In this document: in pieces, positions 8,435 through 20,500 of the stretch
How the letters are laid out: each line of letters starts with the position of its first letter
How positions within the stretch are numbered: position 1 is the stretch's first letter
From: a virus
DNA length: 64,000 bases
Direction: 5' to 3' (one strand)
Virus record (IMG/VR): IMGVR_UViG_3300021400_000042
Program-made: the position numbers and the translations under genes
The notes under the pieces: model-generated
The model's input: only the letters and a program-made list of their open reading frames with translations
Databases searched by the model: none
What the model was told of the DNA's origin: nothing

Positions 8435-11400
8435 ATGGCTGGAAAGAGCGACGGCTCTATAACGATTGATACAAAACTGGATAATAGCGGTTTTTCCAGA
8501 GGATCGGATGAGCTGAAGCACGCCGTCAAGTCCCTGACAGATCAGGTGAACGAGACTGGAAGTAAGATCCAGAATGCGTTCAAGTTTGATTTTGGGCAGC
8601 CCAAACAGGCTGTCAATTCATTCTCACGAGCAATTAAGCAGGTCAATGATGAAATTCAGAGTCTTGGAGAGCTTGGACAGAGAGCGCTGGAAGGTGATGC
8701 GGATGCACTGGCACGGTTCCGGTCTGAAAGCGGGGAAACCCTGAGTAAGCTGGAAGAAATGAAGGCTGAACTGGAAAAGTTCGGCAGTACGGAATTCATG
8801 ACACCGGAATACGCGAAAGCTGCGGACCAGTACCAGAAAGCAGCTACACAGGTGGATGAACTGGCAAAGTCCCTGGAAAATGCAGAAGCCGCCTTTGAAC
8901 AGCTGACAAATGATTTTGGCAGCTCCGAAGAATATACGGCACTGGAAGACCGGATAGATGTCCTGAAGATGTATCAGAAGGAATACGAAGCTGCTATGAA
9001 GCGCGGTGACAGCGGCGCGGCAGCACAGGCCTTCATGAATTCAGGTGTGGGAAAAGGGACGATTGCGGATGCGGTAAAAGAAGCAGAAGCAGAAATGCAG
9101 AAGCTCTGGGATAAGTTTGAAAACTCCACTCCGTACAGATCAGCTCAGAAAGAGATTGATAAGATCACGGCAAAACTGGAACAGGCGAAAGCACAGGCTG
9201 AACAGTATAAAGCCGAAATGGACGCGACTCCGGCAACGTTTGAAGGGTATGCGTCTACAGAGTATGAAAGAGATCAGGCCGCACTGGAAAGAACGATTGA
9301 CCGGCTCCTGGAATACAGGCAGCTTGTCAGAGAAGGCGTAGGAAGCGACACAGCACCGTCGGCAGAATGGCAGGCGGTACAGGAACGTTGGCAAAACATG
9401 ACTACCATGAGCGGTCTTATCCGTAATGCCTTTACCAGTCTTTTCAGCACGATTACAAGCGGAGCGCGTACCGTAGGAAGCGCACTCAGCACGGGTATTA
9501 CTCATCCGATTCAGCTTGTAGATCGTGCGCTTGGCGGCGTTGCTGTGGGTGCATGGAAAGCAGTTTCTTCCCTTGGAAGGCTTGCCGGCAATGCGATTGT
9601 AAGCGGCATTCAGAGGATAGCGAGTGCCGCGAGACAGGCAGCCGTACACCTGGCGGGAATGGCGAAAAGTGCCATCACGAACGGTCTGAAGAAGCTGGGT
9701 AACGCGATTGCCAATGTCGGAAAGAAATCAAAGAGTACAAACGTTTCTCTTTCCGGCGGATTTAAAACTATGTTGAAGTACGGACTGGGTATTCGTTCCA
9801 TGTTCGTACTTTTTAATAAATTGAGAAATGCAATCAAAGAGGGATTCGGCGCACTGGCAGAACAGGATGCAGCGTTCGGTCAGACCGTGAATAACTTCAA
9901 AGCAGCTCTCACAAACCTGAAAATGAGTTTTGCAGCGGCATTCGCTCCGATTGCAGAGACGGTATTGCCCATACTGACAAACCTCATCAATACACTGGCA
10001 ACAGCAATATCGAAAATAGGTCAGCTTGTGGCGGCGCTGTCGGGGAAAACGACCTATAAAAGAGCGATCACTTCTCAGGCGGCTATGGCCGATAACACTT
10101 CAAACGCGGCAGACGCGATGAAGGATGAATCGAAGGCCGCAAAGGAAGCACAGAAAACACTGGCCGGTTTTGATGACGTGGAAATCCTTCATGATAATTC
10201 GTCAAATCTGGATCAGGGACAGACAGCCGGGAACGGTGGCGGTGGTGGTTTTGAAGAACTGCCGATTGACAGTAAATTCGCGGACCTTGCAAAGAAGCTC
10301 AAAGACATGTGGAAGAATGCAGATTTCACAGAGCTTGGCCGGATGCTTGGACAAGGGTTAAAAGATGCCCTGGATAAGATCCCGTGGGATTACATCAAAC
10401 AGGTAGCGGCGAAACTGGGAAAGAGCATAGCTACACTGTTCAACGGCTTTCTGGAAGTGCCGGGACTGTTTACGACGATTGGAAAGACAATCGGAGAAGG
10501 TATCAATACGATATTTGAATTCCTGGATGCGTTCGCCTCTAACTTCCATTGGGCAAGTCTCGGACAGGCTATCAAAGATGCGATCCTCGGAATGCTCAAT
10601 ACGATTGACTGGCCGCTGATTTATCACACCATGGCAACATTCGGTGAGGGTATCGGGACAGCGCTTGAAACAGCACTGAATAATCCGGAGATATGGACAG
10701 CCATATTCACGGCAGTCAGTAACGGCTTGAATTCGATTGTGTACGGTATTGATGCATTTCTGAAAGCAGTGAACTGGGGTGAGCTTGGCGCGAACATTGG
10801 AACCGGCCTGAATGCCGGCGTAGAGGCCTTTGATTGGAGCGCACTGTCACAGACGTTGATAGATCTGATAAACGGCGCATTCGATCTGTGGTACAACTTT
10901 GTGACCACATTCGATTTTTATAAATTCGGGTCTCATATTGGTACAGCCCTGTCCGATGCAGTAAAGGGTATCAACTGGACTGAGGGCGGTGCAAGCGTCG
11001 CACAGACGATTAACGGCCTGTTTGAAGCTCTGAATGGGTTTATACAGTCTACAGACTGGAAAGCCCTTGGAGCGGCGGTTATCGATGCCATAGGCGGCTT
11101 TTTCGGTGAGATTGACTGGGGAACCATGGCGGAAACGCTGTCCAGTGCGGCGATAGGCCTGTTGGATGCCCTCACAGGTGCATTTCAGGAAGTTGACTGG
11201 AAAGCGCTGCCCGGACAGATTACAGAGGCAATTAAGACGTTCCTGACAGAATTTGACTGGGCGGGAGTCGCAACGGCAGCAGGTGAACTGATCGGAGCGG
11301 CATTCACAGCACTGATTGAAGTCGGCGGGGAACTGTGGGAGTCCATGAAATCTGTCGGTAAGAACATCATGGAAGGAGGTTTTCAGGGTATTATAGATGC

Positions 11401-13315
11401 CCTGGCAAGTGTCGGTGAATGGATAAAGACAAACATCTTCGATCCGTTCATTACCGGGTTTAAGACCGCGTTTGGTATTGAATCACCTTCTACGGAGATG
11501 ATGCCGCTTGGCGGTTACATCATCGCAGGTATGCTGCAGGGTATTATCGACGGCCTTGTAAATATCGGGACCTGGATCAAAACAAATATCGTGGATCCGT
11601 TCGTATCCGGCGTGAAGAGTATGTTCGGTCTGGACGGTGAGGAGTCCGTTCTGGTAAGCGTCGGTAAAGACCTGATTGCCGGCCTGAAAGCCGGTATCGG
11701 GGCAGTCATGACCGGTATCAGCGATTGGATCAAAACTGTTATCGTGGATCCGTTTGTATCCGGTGTGAAAAGCATGTTCGGTCTGGATGGTGAAGAATCC
11801 GTGCTTGTCAGTGTTGGTAAAAACCTTCTGGAAGGTCTGAAGAACGGTCTGCTTGGAGCAATGGACGGTATCGGTGATTGGATCGGTACGAATATTACCG
11901 GCCCTATCTGCGGATTCTTTAAGGACCTGTTCGGAATTGCCAGCCCGTCAACTGTATTCTCTGAATACGGTGGTTTCCTGCTTGCCGGTCTGAAAAACGG
12001 TCTGCTTGCGGCAATGGATGGTATCGGTGATTGGATTAGCACAAACGTAACCGGCCCCATCTGCGGATTTTTCAAAGATTTGTTCGGTATTAACAGCCCG
12101 TCAACCGTGTTCAATGAATACGGCGGATACCTTATGCAAGGTCTGGAAGGCGGTATTGACGAGAATAAAGAGCTTCCGAAAACAGCTCTGTCAAATGCTC
12201 AGACTTCCATGGAAACGGTATTCAGCGCACAGAAACAACTGCTTGCATGGGCGCAGGTCGGTAGCAACGTGATGTCCCTCGGATTAAGAGCAGGTATCCT
12301 GCTGAAGACACCGGCTGTCCTGGCCACAATCACTAAGCTGGAAGACGATATGCGAAAGGTCATCACAAAACAGTTCAATACCTGGAAAACAGCGGCGGGA
12401 ACACTGCTTGACAATTTTAAGAACGGATTGACCGGGAAACAGGCAACACTGATAACAACAGTCAATACGATTATTACTGCACTGAAGACAAAAATTGATA
12501 GCTTCAAATCTCAGCTGAATAATTCCGGACGTGATCTGATGACGGATCTGCAGAATGGGATGAACAGCATGAGCGGCAGCATCTCTTCTTCAGCAAGTAA
12601 TATAGCAACCGGAATACATAACAGCTTCAATAACCAGAACTGGAATAATCTTGGGTACAACATCGGGATGGGTATTTATAACGGTCTGGTATCTTCCGGA
12701 AGCTGGCTGTCTACGCTTGCATGGAATACAGCTGTAAACATGTACAATTCGGCTTGTCGCGCCTTGGGGATTGCATCACCTTCCAAAGAATTTGCATGGA
12801 TTGGTGAAATGATTACCAGAGGTCTGGGCGGCGGAATTGAGGCTACACAGGACAATGCGGTGAGTGCGGTCACATCCCTGGCGGATGCCGTGACGCAGGA
12901 AGCAGAAGACAGCAATCCGATTATGCACATCGATACGGCCGTGAATGGGATAGACAGTGTGCTTTCCACATTCTCTGACAAGGTAGTACAGAGCTTTGAT
13001 GCGATGATCTCTGCAATGGAGAGTATTGTAAATGGCTCTTCTCTCACACTGCCTGCAATGGCAAACGGCTCTGTAATGCCGTATTCTGCCCGTAGGAGCG
13101 CTTCGCAGGATGAGGGGGATAAACTATCGTCCCTCATCGAAACACTGGCACAGCGGGACGCTGACAGGCTCACACGGGATGATCTGAGTGAAGTCCTTAT
13201 CAATGTACTCAGGCAGTATTTGAACATTGATTTTTACATCGGTGATGAACAAATTGCAAGACACGCGAACGCGGGAAACGCAAAACTGAATCGCCGGTAC
13301 AGTACAGCAACATAA
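8435..13315 (+). CDS. Tape measure protein (1626 aa)
   Basis: Very long ORF after the chaperones, with coiled-coil and Gly/Ala-rich repeats. Confidence 0.9.
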   Translation: MAGKSDGSITIDTKLDNSGFSRGSDELKHAVKSLTDQVNETGSKIQNAFKFDFGQPKQAVNSFSRAIKQVNDEIQSLGELGQRALEGDADALARFRSESGETLSKLEEMKAELEKFGSTEFMTPEYAKAADQYQKAATQVDELAKSLENAEAAFEQLTNDFGSSEEYTALEDRIDVLKMYQKEYEAAMKRGDSGAAAQAFMNSGVGKGTIADAVKEAEAEMQKLWDKFENSTPYRSAQKEIDKITAKLEQAKAQAEQYKAEMDATPATFEGYASTEYERDQAALERTIDRLLEYRQLVREGVGSDTAPSAEWQAVQERWQNMTTMSGLIRNAFTSLFSTITSGARTVGSALSTGITHPIQLVDRALGGVAVGAWKAVSSLGRLAGNAIVSGIQRIASAARQAAVHLAGMAKSAITNGLKKLGNAIANVGKKSKSTNVSLSGGFKTMLKYGLGIRSMFVLFNKLRNAIKEGFGALAEQDAAFGQTVNNFKAALTNLKMSFAAAFAPIAETVLPILTNLINTLATAISKIGQLVAALSGKTTYKRAITSQAAMADNTSNAADAMKDESKAAKEAQKTLAGFDDVEILHDNSSNLDQGQTAGNGGGGGFEELPIDSKFADLAKKLKDMWKNADFTELGRMLGQGLKDALDKIPWDYIKQVAAKLGKSIATLFNGFLEVPGLFTTIGKTIGEGINTIFEFLDAFASNFHWASLGQAIKDAILGMLNTIDWPLIYHTMATFGEGIGTALETALNNPEIWTAIFTAVSNGLNSIVYGIDAFLKAVNWGELGANIGTGLNAGVEAFDWSALSQTLIDLINGAFDLWYNFVTTFDFYKFGSHIGTALSDAVKGINWTEGGASVAQTINGLFEALNGFIQSTDWKALGAAVIDAIGGFFGEIDWGTMAETLSSAAIGLLDALTGAFQEVDWKALPGQITEAIKTFLTEFDWAGVATAAGELIGAAFTALIEVGGELWESMKSVGKNIMEGGFQGIIDALASVGEWIKTNIFDPFITGFKTAFGIESPSTEMMPLGGYIIAGMLQGIIDGLVNIGTWIKTNIVDPFVSGVKSMFGLDGEESVLVSVGKDLIAGLKAGIGAVMTGISDWIKTVIVDPFVSGVKSMFGLDGEESVLVSVGKNLLEGLKNGLLGAMDGIGDWIGTNITGPICGFFKDLFGIASPSTVFSEYGGFLLAGLKNGLLAAMDGIGDWISTNVTGPICGFFKDLFGINSPSTVFNEYGGYLMQGLEGGIDENKELPKTALSNAQTSMETVFSAQKQLLAWAQVGSNVMSLGLRAGILLKTPAVLATITKLEDDMRKVITKQFNTWKTAAGTLLDNFKNGLTGKQATLITTVNTIITALKTKIDSFKSQLNNSGRDLMTDLQNGMNSMSGSISSSASNIATGIHNSFNNQNWNNLGYNIGMGIYNGLVSSGSWLSTLAWNTAVNMYNSACRALGIASPSKEFAWIGEMITRGLGGGIEATQDNAVSAVTSLADAVTQEAEDSNPIMHIDTAVNGIDSVLSTFSDKVVQSFDAMISAMESIVNGSSLTLPAMANGSVMPYSARRSASQDEGDKLSSLIETLAQRDADRLTRDDLSEVLINVLRQYLNIDFYIGDEQIARHANAGNAKLNRRYSTAT
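11410..12150 (+). repeat. About five diverged ~50-aa tandem repeats inside the tape measure
   Basis: Repeated peptides W-I-K/G-T-N-I-x-D/G-P-F/I...FG(L/I)...(e.g. DPFVSGVKSMFGLDGEESVLVSVGK twice, GPICGFFKDLFGI.SPSTVF.EYGG twice). Confidence 0.8.
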
Positions 13316-13327
13316 GGAGGCAGGCGA

Positions 13328-13699
13328 ATGGCGTTCAAAAATCCTTTTAAGGTTGACGGGGTGGTTTTACCCACCCCGGATGAATATAAGCCGGGAATTG
13401 AAGATCTGTCTTCTGAAGCAACCGGCAGAACTCTGGACGGTATCATGCACAAGGACGTTGTTTCCACAAAGGACTATTACGAGTTTGTGTGGAAGGTCGT
13501 TTCATGGGCGGATGCCGCAAAGATATTCAATGCAGTGGACGGAAAGACGCAGGTGACACTTACCTATGCGGATCCCCGGACACCAAACAGATTTCTGACC
13601 AACACATTCTATGTCGGAAAACGGAGTTGTTCGGCTTTGAATCTGAATGATCCGGTTCGTACCTGGAAGGACGTATCTCTGACATTCACAAGAATTTAA
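13328..13699 (+). CDS. Tail component (hypothetical, 123 aa)
   Basis: AGGAGG RBS. Position after the tape measure gene. Confidence 0.5.
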   Translation: MAFKNPFKVDGVVLPTPDEYKPGIEDLSSEATGRTLDGIMHKDVVSTKDYYEFVWKVVSWADAAKIFNAVDGKTQVTLTYADPRTPNRFLTNTFYVGKRSCSALNLNDPVRTWKDVSLTFTRI

Positions 13700-13712
13700 G
13701 GAGGTCGCACAG

Positions 13713-15932
13713 GTGATAAATCTTTCAAGAGCTTTCCGGCAGGAGCTTTTTTACAACAGAAGAAATTATCTCACCTATGCGGATATTACTCTGTCAACCG
13801 GAAGAACATTGTCCCTGACCAATACACAGATATGGTCCGGTGGTTTTTCAACAGAGGATGCCGTATCGGAGGATAATTCTTTTACGGCCCTCGGTTCAAC
13901 AATCATGGGAGCGGCAACGCTGGTCATAAACAATATGACAGAGGCCTATTCCAATTATGATTTCACCAATGCAAAGGTTGTCCTTTATGTGGGTATGACC
14001 TTCAAAGTCAATGGATCCACCCGGACAGAGAAAATCAAAAAGGGAACCTATACCGTTGATGAAACGAGCTATAACGGTGGTACAATCACGCTCTCCCTGC
14101 TGGATTACATGGAGCAGTTTGACCGGCCGTACAGCAACAGTACATTGAGCTATCCTAATACTTTGGATGCCATTGTCAGGGATGCCTGTAATAAATGCGG
14201 TGTATCCCTGAATACCTATACTTTCCCGCATAGAGATTATGTGGTTCAAAATAGACCGGAGGATGAAGCAATCACCTTCCGGGAGGTCATCGGCTGGGCG
14301 GCCTGTATCGCCGGGTGCTTTGCCAGATGCAATGTTGATGGAAAACTGGAACTGAAATGGTTCGATCAGACTACACTGGAAAGCCGCACAAATGTCATTG
14401 ACGGTGGCAGGTCCTTCAGTTCTTCCGGAACGCTGATTGATGGCGGCGGGTTTGATACTGATTATGATGTTATCGACGGCGGCAATCTGGCAGACGATGA
14501 CGGGATGCATTATGTCCATTCTCTGTATTCTCAGGATATCAGTGTAGACGATGTGGTCATTACTGGGGTCCATATTACGGTTAAAGATGAGACAGAAGAA
14601 GGGAAGTCTTCTACAAAGGAATTCAATTCCGGGCGAAAGGGTTATGTAATTGGGATTGAAAACAATGATTTCATTACACCTGAAACCGGACAGGAGGTTG
14701 CGAACTGGTTAGGGGAGCAGCTGATTGGTCTGACCTTCCGGAAGGCTTCCGTTACACATGCCAGTGATCCTTCCATGGAGGCCGGTGATATCGGGATCCT
14801 GTGGGACAGGAAAGACAATGAATATCCTGTCCTGATTACCCGGACAAACTTCTCTGCTACTGCTTCACAGAAAACGGTAAGCGGGGCGGAAACGCCTTCA
14901 CGAAACAGTGCTACACGGTACGGGTGGCAGACAAAAAGCTATGTGGAGTCCAGGAAGCTGCTGAAGAAGGAACAGACTACCAGAGAAGCCATGCTGAAAG
15001 ATCTTGCCGATAAACTGGCAGCTCATTCCGGTCTGTATTCTACGGTTGAAACACAGTCGGACGGCAGCAGCATTTTCTACCTTCACGATATGCCTACTTT
15101 GAATGAGTCCGCGATTGTCTGGAAAATGACAAAAGAGGCCTGGGGCGTAACGACGAATTACAACAAGGGTAAAAATACAGTATGGAACGGCGGCATGACC
15201 GTTGACGGTGATACTATCGTTCGTATTCTTACAGCTGTCGGCGTGGACGCGGACTGGATCAATACCGGAAAGATACAGTCAAAAGACGGGTCTGTATCAA
15301 TCGATCTGGACAAGAACACGATCAACCTGAAGGGTATCACTTCCTTTGATGGGTTTGAGACAAAGGACAATCTGAAGACTGCCGGCAAAACCACGATCAA
15401 CGGCGCGAATATCACAACCGGGTCCATAAAGGACGCAAACAGTAACACGGTATTCAATCTGTCAACCGGTTCCCTGACAATGAAGAAAGGAAGCATTGAA
15501 CTGGGAACTCGATTTAAAGTAGACAGTAATGGTTATCTTACGGCTGAATCAGTTGACCTTAAAGGCCATTTTCGGAGTGTTTCAGGAAGTACCTTTACAG
15601 AAATATATAATGGTCAATTCCGCGCCGGTACTACCAATGGTAGCTACGATACTTTGCACGGTGTTATTGATGCAGATGCAAACTATAGCGGCGGAACACA
15701 TGCCGTTTCAGTAATTGCAAAAACGGGTTTTTTGGTCCTTGGAGGAAATGGGACAATCTGGTTTACAGATCAAACCGGATCCGGAAATGCATGGGGCTGG
15801 GCAAACAGTAATGGTCTGCATTCAAAAGGTGGATTAAGCGTAAGCAGTATTGCCATTCCTACCGCTTTTGATAGCGAAGGCAAAGCGGTAAGTTGGTATA
15901 CCGGATACATAGATGACGGCATTATCAAATAG
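13713..15932 (+). CDS. Tail tip / tail-associated protein (Tal or endopeptidase-tail-like)
   Basis: 739-aa ORF with a GTG start and AGGAGG RBS, in the baseplate position. Confidence 0.6.
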   Translation: MINLSRAFRQELFYNRRNYLTYADITLSTGRTLSLTNTQIWSGGFSTEDAVSEDNSFTALGSTIMGAATLVINNMTEAYSNYDFTNAKVVLYVGMTFKVNGSTRTEKIKKGTYTVDETSYNGGTITLSLLDYMEQFDRPYSNSTLSYPNTLDAIVRDACNKCGVSLNTYTFPHRDYVVQNRPEDEAITFREVIGWAACIAGCFARCNVDGKLELKWFDQTTLESRTNVIDGGRSFSSSGTLIDGGGFDTDYDVIDGGNLADDDGMHYVHSLYSQDISVDDVVITGVHITVKDETEEGKSSTKEFNSGRKGYVIGIENNDFITPETGQEVANWLGEQLIGLTFRKASVTHASDPSMEAGDIGILWDRKDNEYPVLITRTNFSATASQKTVSGAETPSRNSATRYGWQTKSYVESRKLLKKEQTTREAMLKDLADKLAAHSGLYSTVETQSDGSSIFYLHDMPTLNESAIVWKMTKEAWGVTTNYNKGKNTVWNGGMTVDGDTIVRILTAVGVDADWINTGKIQSKDGSVSIDLDKNTINLKGITSFDGFETKDNLKTAGKTTINGANITTGSIKDANSNTVFNLSTGSLTMKKGSIELGTRFKVDSNGYLTAESVDLKGHFRSVSGSTFTEIYNGQFRAGTTNGSYDTLHGVIDADANYSGGTHAVSVIAKTGFLVLGGNGTIWFTDQTGSGNAWGWANSNGLHSKGGLSVSSIAIPTAFDSEGKAVSWYTGYIDDGIIK

Positions 15933-15937
15933 GAGGC

Positions 15938-16150
15938 ATGATGACGTACATTACAGTTTTAAACGGAGTAGAAACCATTATCACAAAAGATCAGCAAATG
16001 TACGATTGTATCAAACAAAATGGGGAGATCTATTCTATAGATGATGATGGGAGCAGAACGTTAATTGCAAACGGAAAAGAAGGTTTTCTTCGTGGAAGAC
16101 CTGGTTTTCCGGTATATCCGACACATAGAAAGAAAACGGAGGACGAATAA
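15938..16150 (+). CDS. Hypothetical protein (70 aa)
   Basis: ORF with an AGGAGG RBS in the tail module. Confidence 0.4.
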   Translation: MMTYITVLNGVETIITKDQQMYDCIKQNGEIYSIDDDGSRTLIANGKEGFLRGRPGFPVYPTHRKKTEDE

Positions 16151-16461
16151 TGGATATCGGAGATCTTTTAACAGCTGTAGAAAACCATATTTACAGTTTT
16201 GCCAAAAAACAGTTTGATATCAATAATATTTCCCCTTCCATGCAAAGGTTAATCATGGAGGCCGTTTTCAGCAAATTTCAGGCGGAAGCCATCGCAGAAA
16301 TGATTCTCAATCAGATTTCGTATGAGGGAGAAGATACACCGGATAAACAGATCGATCAGACCAAAGAAACAGTCGAAGACATGGTGGATACCTTGAGAGA
16401 GTTTTACAATAACGAGGAGGGAGAGAATGGCGGAACAGAAGATAGTTCAGCACAGGCGTGA
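16150..16461 (+). CDS. Hypothetical protein (103 aa)
   Basis: Its ATG overlaps the upstream stop (TAATG). Confidence 0.45.
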   Translation: MDIGDLLTAVENHIYSFAKKQFDINNISPSMQRLIMEAVFSKFQAEAIAEMILNQISYEGEDTPDKQIDQTKETVEDMVDTLREFYNNEEGENGGTEDSSAQA

Positions 16462-17107
16462 CATTTATTCCAACTTTGCCCCGTCGAAGATAAAGCCCGG
16501 TGAGATCATCATGATTACCAGCGGCGATCCGAATTCATCCAGTGGTAAATCGGTATACGCCTGTATCGCTGCCGGTGATGTGATGCAGTTGGCTACACGG
16601 GACGAACTGAAGACTTACGATCAGGCAGCACAGACAGCGGCGGAAGCGGCGGCACAATCCAAAACGGATGCAGCCACAATCAAAGGTCAGATCGATGAAG
16701 AACTGACATCTGCACAGAACGCAGCACAGGCGGCAGCTGAACAGGCAGAGGCCGCAGCGCAGGCGAATGGTCAAATCGCGGAGAAGACCACAGCTGCACA
16801 GAAAGCAGCAGAGGACGCGCAGGCTGCCCTTGAAAGTGTTCAGACAAAAGCAGCGGATATCGAGGACATTCTGGTTCATAACTCCCATACAATCGAAACA
16901 GGGGACGGCGCTACAGATGAAAACGGGAGCGTTTACATTTATCTGAGTGATTACTTCAAGGAAATCCTTGGAGAAGGTCAAACAGGATATAGGGTTTTCC
17001 TTCAGGAAGAAGGAGAAGGCAAGGTGTATGTCAGTGAAAAGACAGACACCTTTTTTGTTGTATCCGGTACAGAGAGCCTTGCGTTCTCTTGGATGATAAT
17101 TCTCTAA
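16427..17107 (+). CDS. Tail-fibre-like protein (Ala/Gln coiled coil)
   Basis: The N-terminus IVQHRRDIYSNF...PGEIIMITSGD resembles the N-terminal motif of HylP and Mtd-type fibre proteins. Central AAQAAAEQAEAAAQ coiled coil. Confidence 0.5.
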   Translation: MAEQKIVQHRRDIYSNFAPSKIKPGEIIMITSGDPNSSSGKSVYACIAAGDVMQLATRDELKTYDQAAQTAAEAAAQSKTDAATIKGQIDEELTSAQNAAQAAAEQAEAAAQANGQIAEKTTAAQKAAEDAQAALESVQTKAADIEDILVHNSHTIETGDGATDENGSVYIYLSDYFKEILGEGQTGYRVFLQEEGEGKVYVSEKTDTFFVVSGTESLAFSWMIIL

Positions 17108-17133
17108 AAGATTTTCAGGAAAGGAGAGGGCAA

Positions 17134-17478
17134 ATGGTTACACAGGAATTTGAACTGAGTGTCACGCCTATTGGCAGTCCGCCTGTCATCCATCTGAATA
17201 AGGATGACGCGGATTTTCAGCTGATATTCAACATCGATTCCCGGTCAGGGAAGTTCACGATGGAGAATAACACGTCTGCACAGATACGCGGAACAAAACC
17301 GGATGGAACAAAATTCCAGGCTTCCGGAACCGTGTCCGTAGCAAACAAAAGGGTAACTATCAACGGCGATAAGAATATGACCAATGTTCCGGGTATCGGG
17401 ATCTTTGAAATCTGTCTTATCCATGCAAGAAAGGAACTCTATACACAGAATTTCAAAGTGTGTATTGAGGATATTTAA
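17134..17478 (+). CDS. BppU_N-like baseplate protein (paralogue of the fibre N-terminus)
   Basis: AAGGAGAGG RBS. The sequence aligns by eye with residues 1-110 of the 2009-aa fibre (..IRGTKPDG..A.G....N..VTI.G...) . Confidence 0.55.
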   Translation: MVTQEFELSVTPIGSPPVIHLNKDDADFQLIFNIDSRSGKFTMENNTSAQIRGTKPDGTKFQASGTVSVANKRVTINGDKNMTNVPGIGIFEICLIHARKELYTQNFKVCIEDI

Positions 17479-17507
17479 GCACATCACAAAGAAAGGAAGA
17501 AGGGCAA

Positions 17508-20500
17508 ATGATTATTCATGAATTTGATCTGGACATGATACCTGGTGGTAACGTGCCGTCAATCAGGGTGAATCAGTATGATGAAGATTTCAACCTGAAG
17601 ATCAACCTGTTTTCCAGAAACGGGAATTTCTCTGTCCTCAGTGGCACAACCGCCCTGGTAAGAGGAACAAAGCCGGATGGAAATGCCTATTCTGCGGAAG
17701 CCTCCGTCAACGGGACCGTTGTTACCGTGACCGGAAATCAGCAGATCACAGCGGCAGCAGGCAGAGCGATCTTTGAAATTTCCCTCCGCAGGAACGGAAG
17801 AGAACTGAATACGGCAAACTTTGTCATTGATATTGAGCAGGCGGCCATGGATAAGGATACCGTTGCATCCACGTCCGTTGTCAGAGAGCTTGTCGATATT
17901 ATGGATAACTCTGAGGAAATCATCAATGCGGGTCAGCAGTATGAGAATTCTCAGAGGGCGATGGAGGAACTGACTGCGAGATCTGAAGCGGCTGCTGAAA
18001 CAGCAACCACGATGAAGACGCAGACGGAGGAAATCGCTACACAGACTGCTGAGAAATGGACAGAAGTCTCTGAACAGATGGACCGTAAATCTGCAGCTAT
18101 CGCTACTCTGGTATCCAATGCGGATCAAGTGGCGGCAGAGGCATCTGAAAAGGCCGGCAATGCTCTGAACGAGGCAGCGGAAGTATCCAACAGCCTTGAA
18201 GACATTCAGGGGAAAGTTACCGCTCTGGAACTGGGGCAGAACAACTATGTTGCGGATGGTTATGTGGAAGACGAAGAGGCCGTTTTTGTCGATAAGGACG
18301 GAAACGAGATGTTCCGTATTACGGGCATCGGCGGATCCGGCGGCGGTGGCGGAAGTTCTGACCAGACCGTGAAATCCCAGGTTACCATGGACAACATGAC
18401 TGGATGGCTTTCCAAAACGATTGCTGCAGGTGCGGAATGCCCGGTATCCTTTGTATGGTCCTCCACGATGGAAGGCATCCCGACCGGAAACGGCGTTGTC
18501 AGTGTGACTGTCAACAACGTGGTAAAGGCCACTATGGACGTTGCACAGGGAGCCGTAGAGATTGACCTGACTCCGTACATGACTGCAAGCGTGAACCGTG
18601 TCGAAGTTCGTGTAACAGATATTGAGGGTCAGTACAAGAGGATCAATTACAGTATCACGATCATGCAGCTATCTCTCAGCTCCACATTCGACGTGGCCAC
18701 ACCGTATACCGGTGCTATCCCGTTCCCGTACACTCCGATTGGTGCGGTACAGAAGACCGTGCATTTCATCCTGGATGGTACGGAAATCGGCACTCAGCAG
18801 ACCTCCGTAACCGGCAGACAGATGACCTATACGATCCCGGCACAGGCCCACGGCGGCCACTCTATCAGAGTTTACTTTGAGGCAGAGATCAATGGTGAGA
18901 CGGTGCGCTCCAATGAGCTGTACTATGAATTCACCTGCCTGGAAGCGATGAGCGATGAAGTCATCATCACGAGTCCGTACAATCAGGCTACACAGCCGCA
19001 GTATACGTCCATCGCTATTCCGTTCACGGTTTACGATCCGGTATCCCCGACGGCCGAAGTCAAAATCTATGCAAACGGTGAGCTGCTTTCTACTCAGACG
19101 GTTGACAGATCTGAACAGTCCTATACCTACAGGGCAACAGAGGCCGGTCCGCTGGTAATTGAGATCAAGAGCCATGAAACGACCAAAACCTTCAATATCG
19201 AGATCACCGAATCTGATGTCCATGCGGAAGCAGAGACGGAAAACCTTATGCTCTTCCTGTCTTCTCAGGGCAGAAGCAACAATGAGGAAAATCCGTGGAC
19301 ATGGGTTTCCAATGTTGGAGAGAACGATGTCAGTGCAGTTCTTTCCGGCTTCAATGGCGCGTCTGATGGATGGCAGACCGATGAGAGCGGTATTACCTGC
19401 CTGCGCGTGACCGGCGGTGCAAGAGTCCAGATCCCGTATCAGATTTTTGCTGCTGACGCGAGAAGAACAGGTCTTACCTTTGAGATCGAGTATGCAACCA
19501 GAAACGTGTCTGATTACAACGCGACGATCCTTTCCTGCATGAATGGCGGCAGAGGACTTGAAATCACTCCGCAGAGAGCAACACTGAAGTCTGAACAGAC
19601 CGAACTGTACATGCAGTACAAAGAGGGCGAACATATCCGCGTTGCCTATACCATCGGCAAGAGATCTGAAAACCGTCTGGTGAAGAGCTATATCGATGGT
19701 AAGATTGCGAGGGTTACACAGTATCCGGATGATGATGACTTTGCACAGGTAGCGCCCGTTGGAATTTCTATCGGTTCCGATAACTGCACAATCGATATCT
19801 ACTGCATCCGCGTATACACCAATGACCTTACCGCAAATCAGGTCATGGACAACTGGATTGCTGACACACAGGACGGATCCCTGATGCTTGAAAGATATGC
19901 GAGGAACCAGATTTTCGATGCATATGGTCAGGTAGTTCCGGGACAGCTGCCGTCCAACCTTCCTTACATGATTATCGAGTGCGAGGAGCTGCCGCAGTAC
20001 AAGGGCGATAAGAAGACAGTGAATGTATCCTATACGGATCCGCTGTATCCGAGTCATTCCTTCACGGCAGAGAAGGTACAGGCGAACGTCCAGGGTACAT
20101 CTTCCGCCCCGTATGCAGTGAAGAACCTTGACCTGCAGTTCAAGGGCGGCTTTGAGATGACCACAACCGGCCATTCCAAACTGTACAGACTGAGAGACGA
20201 TTCCATGCCGACGGCAAGGTTCGTTCTGAAGGCTGACGTGGCCTCTTCCGAGTCCGCAAACAATACGCAGCTGGTAAGACTGTACAATGACCTTTGCCCG
20301 TATAAGACTCCGGAAATGGAGGAAGATGAGAGAGTCCGTTGGGGTATCGATGGTATCCAGATTGTCATGTTCTGGCGTGACACGGTGACCGGAGATCTGC
20401 ACTTCAAGGGCAAATACAATTTCAACTTCCCGAAGAGGTTCCCGGAGGGGTACGGCTACACAGAGGATCAGGAGTCCTGGGAGTGGCAGAACAACACTTC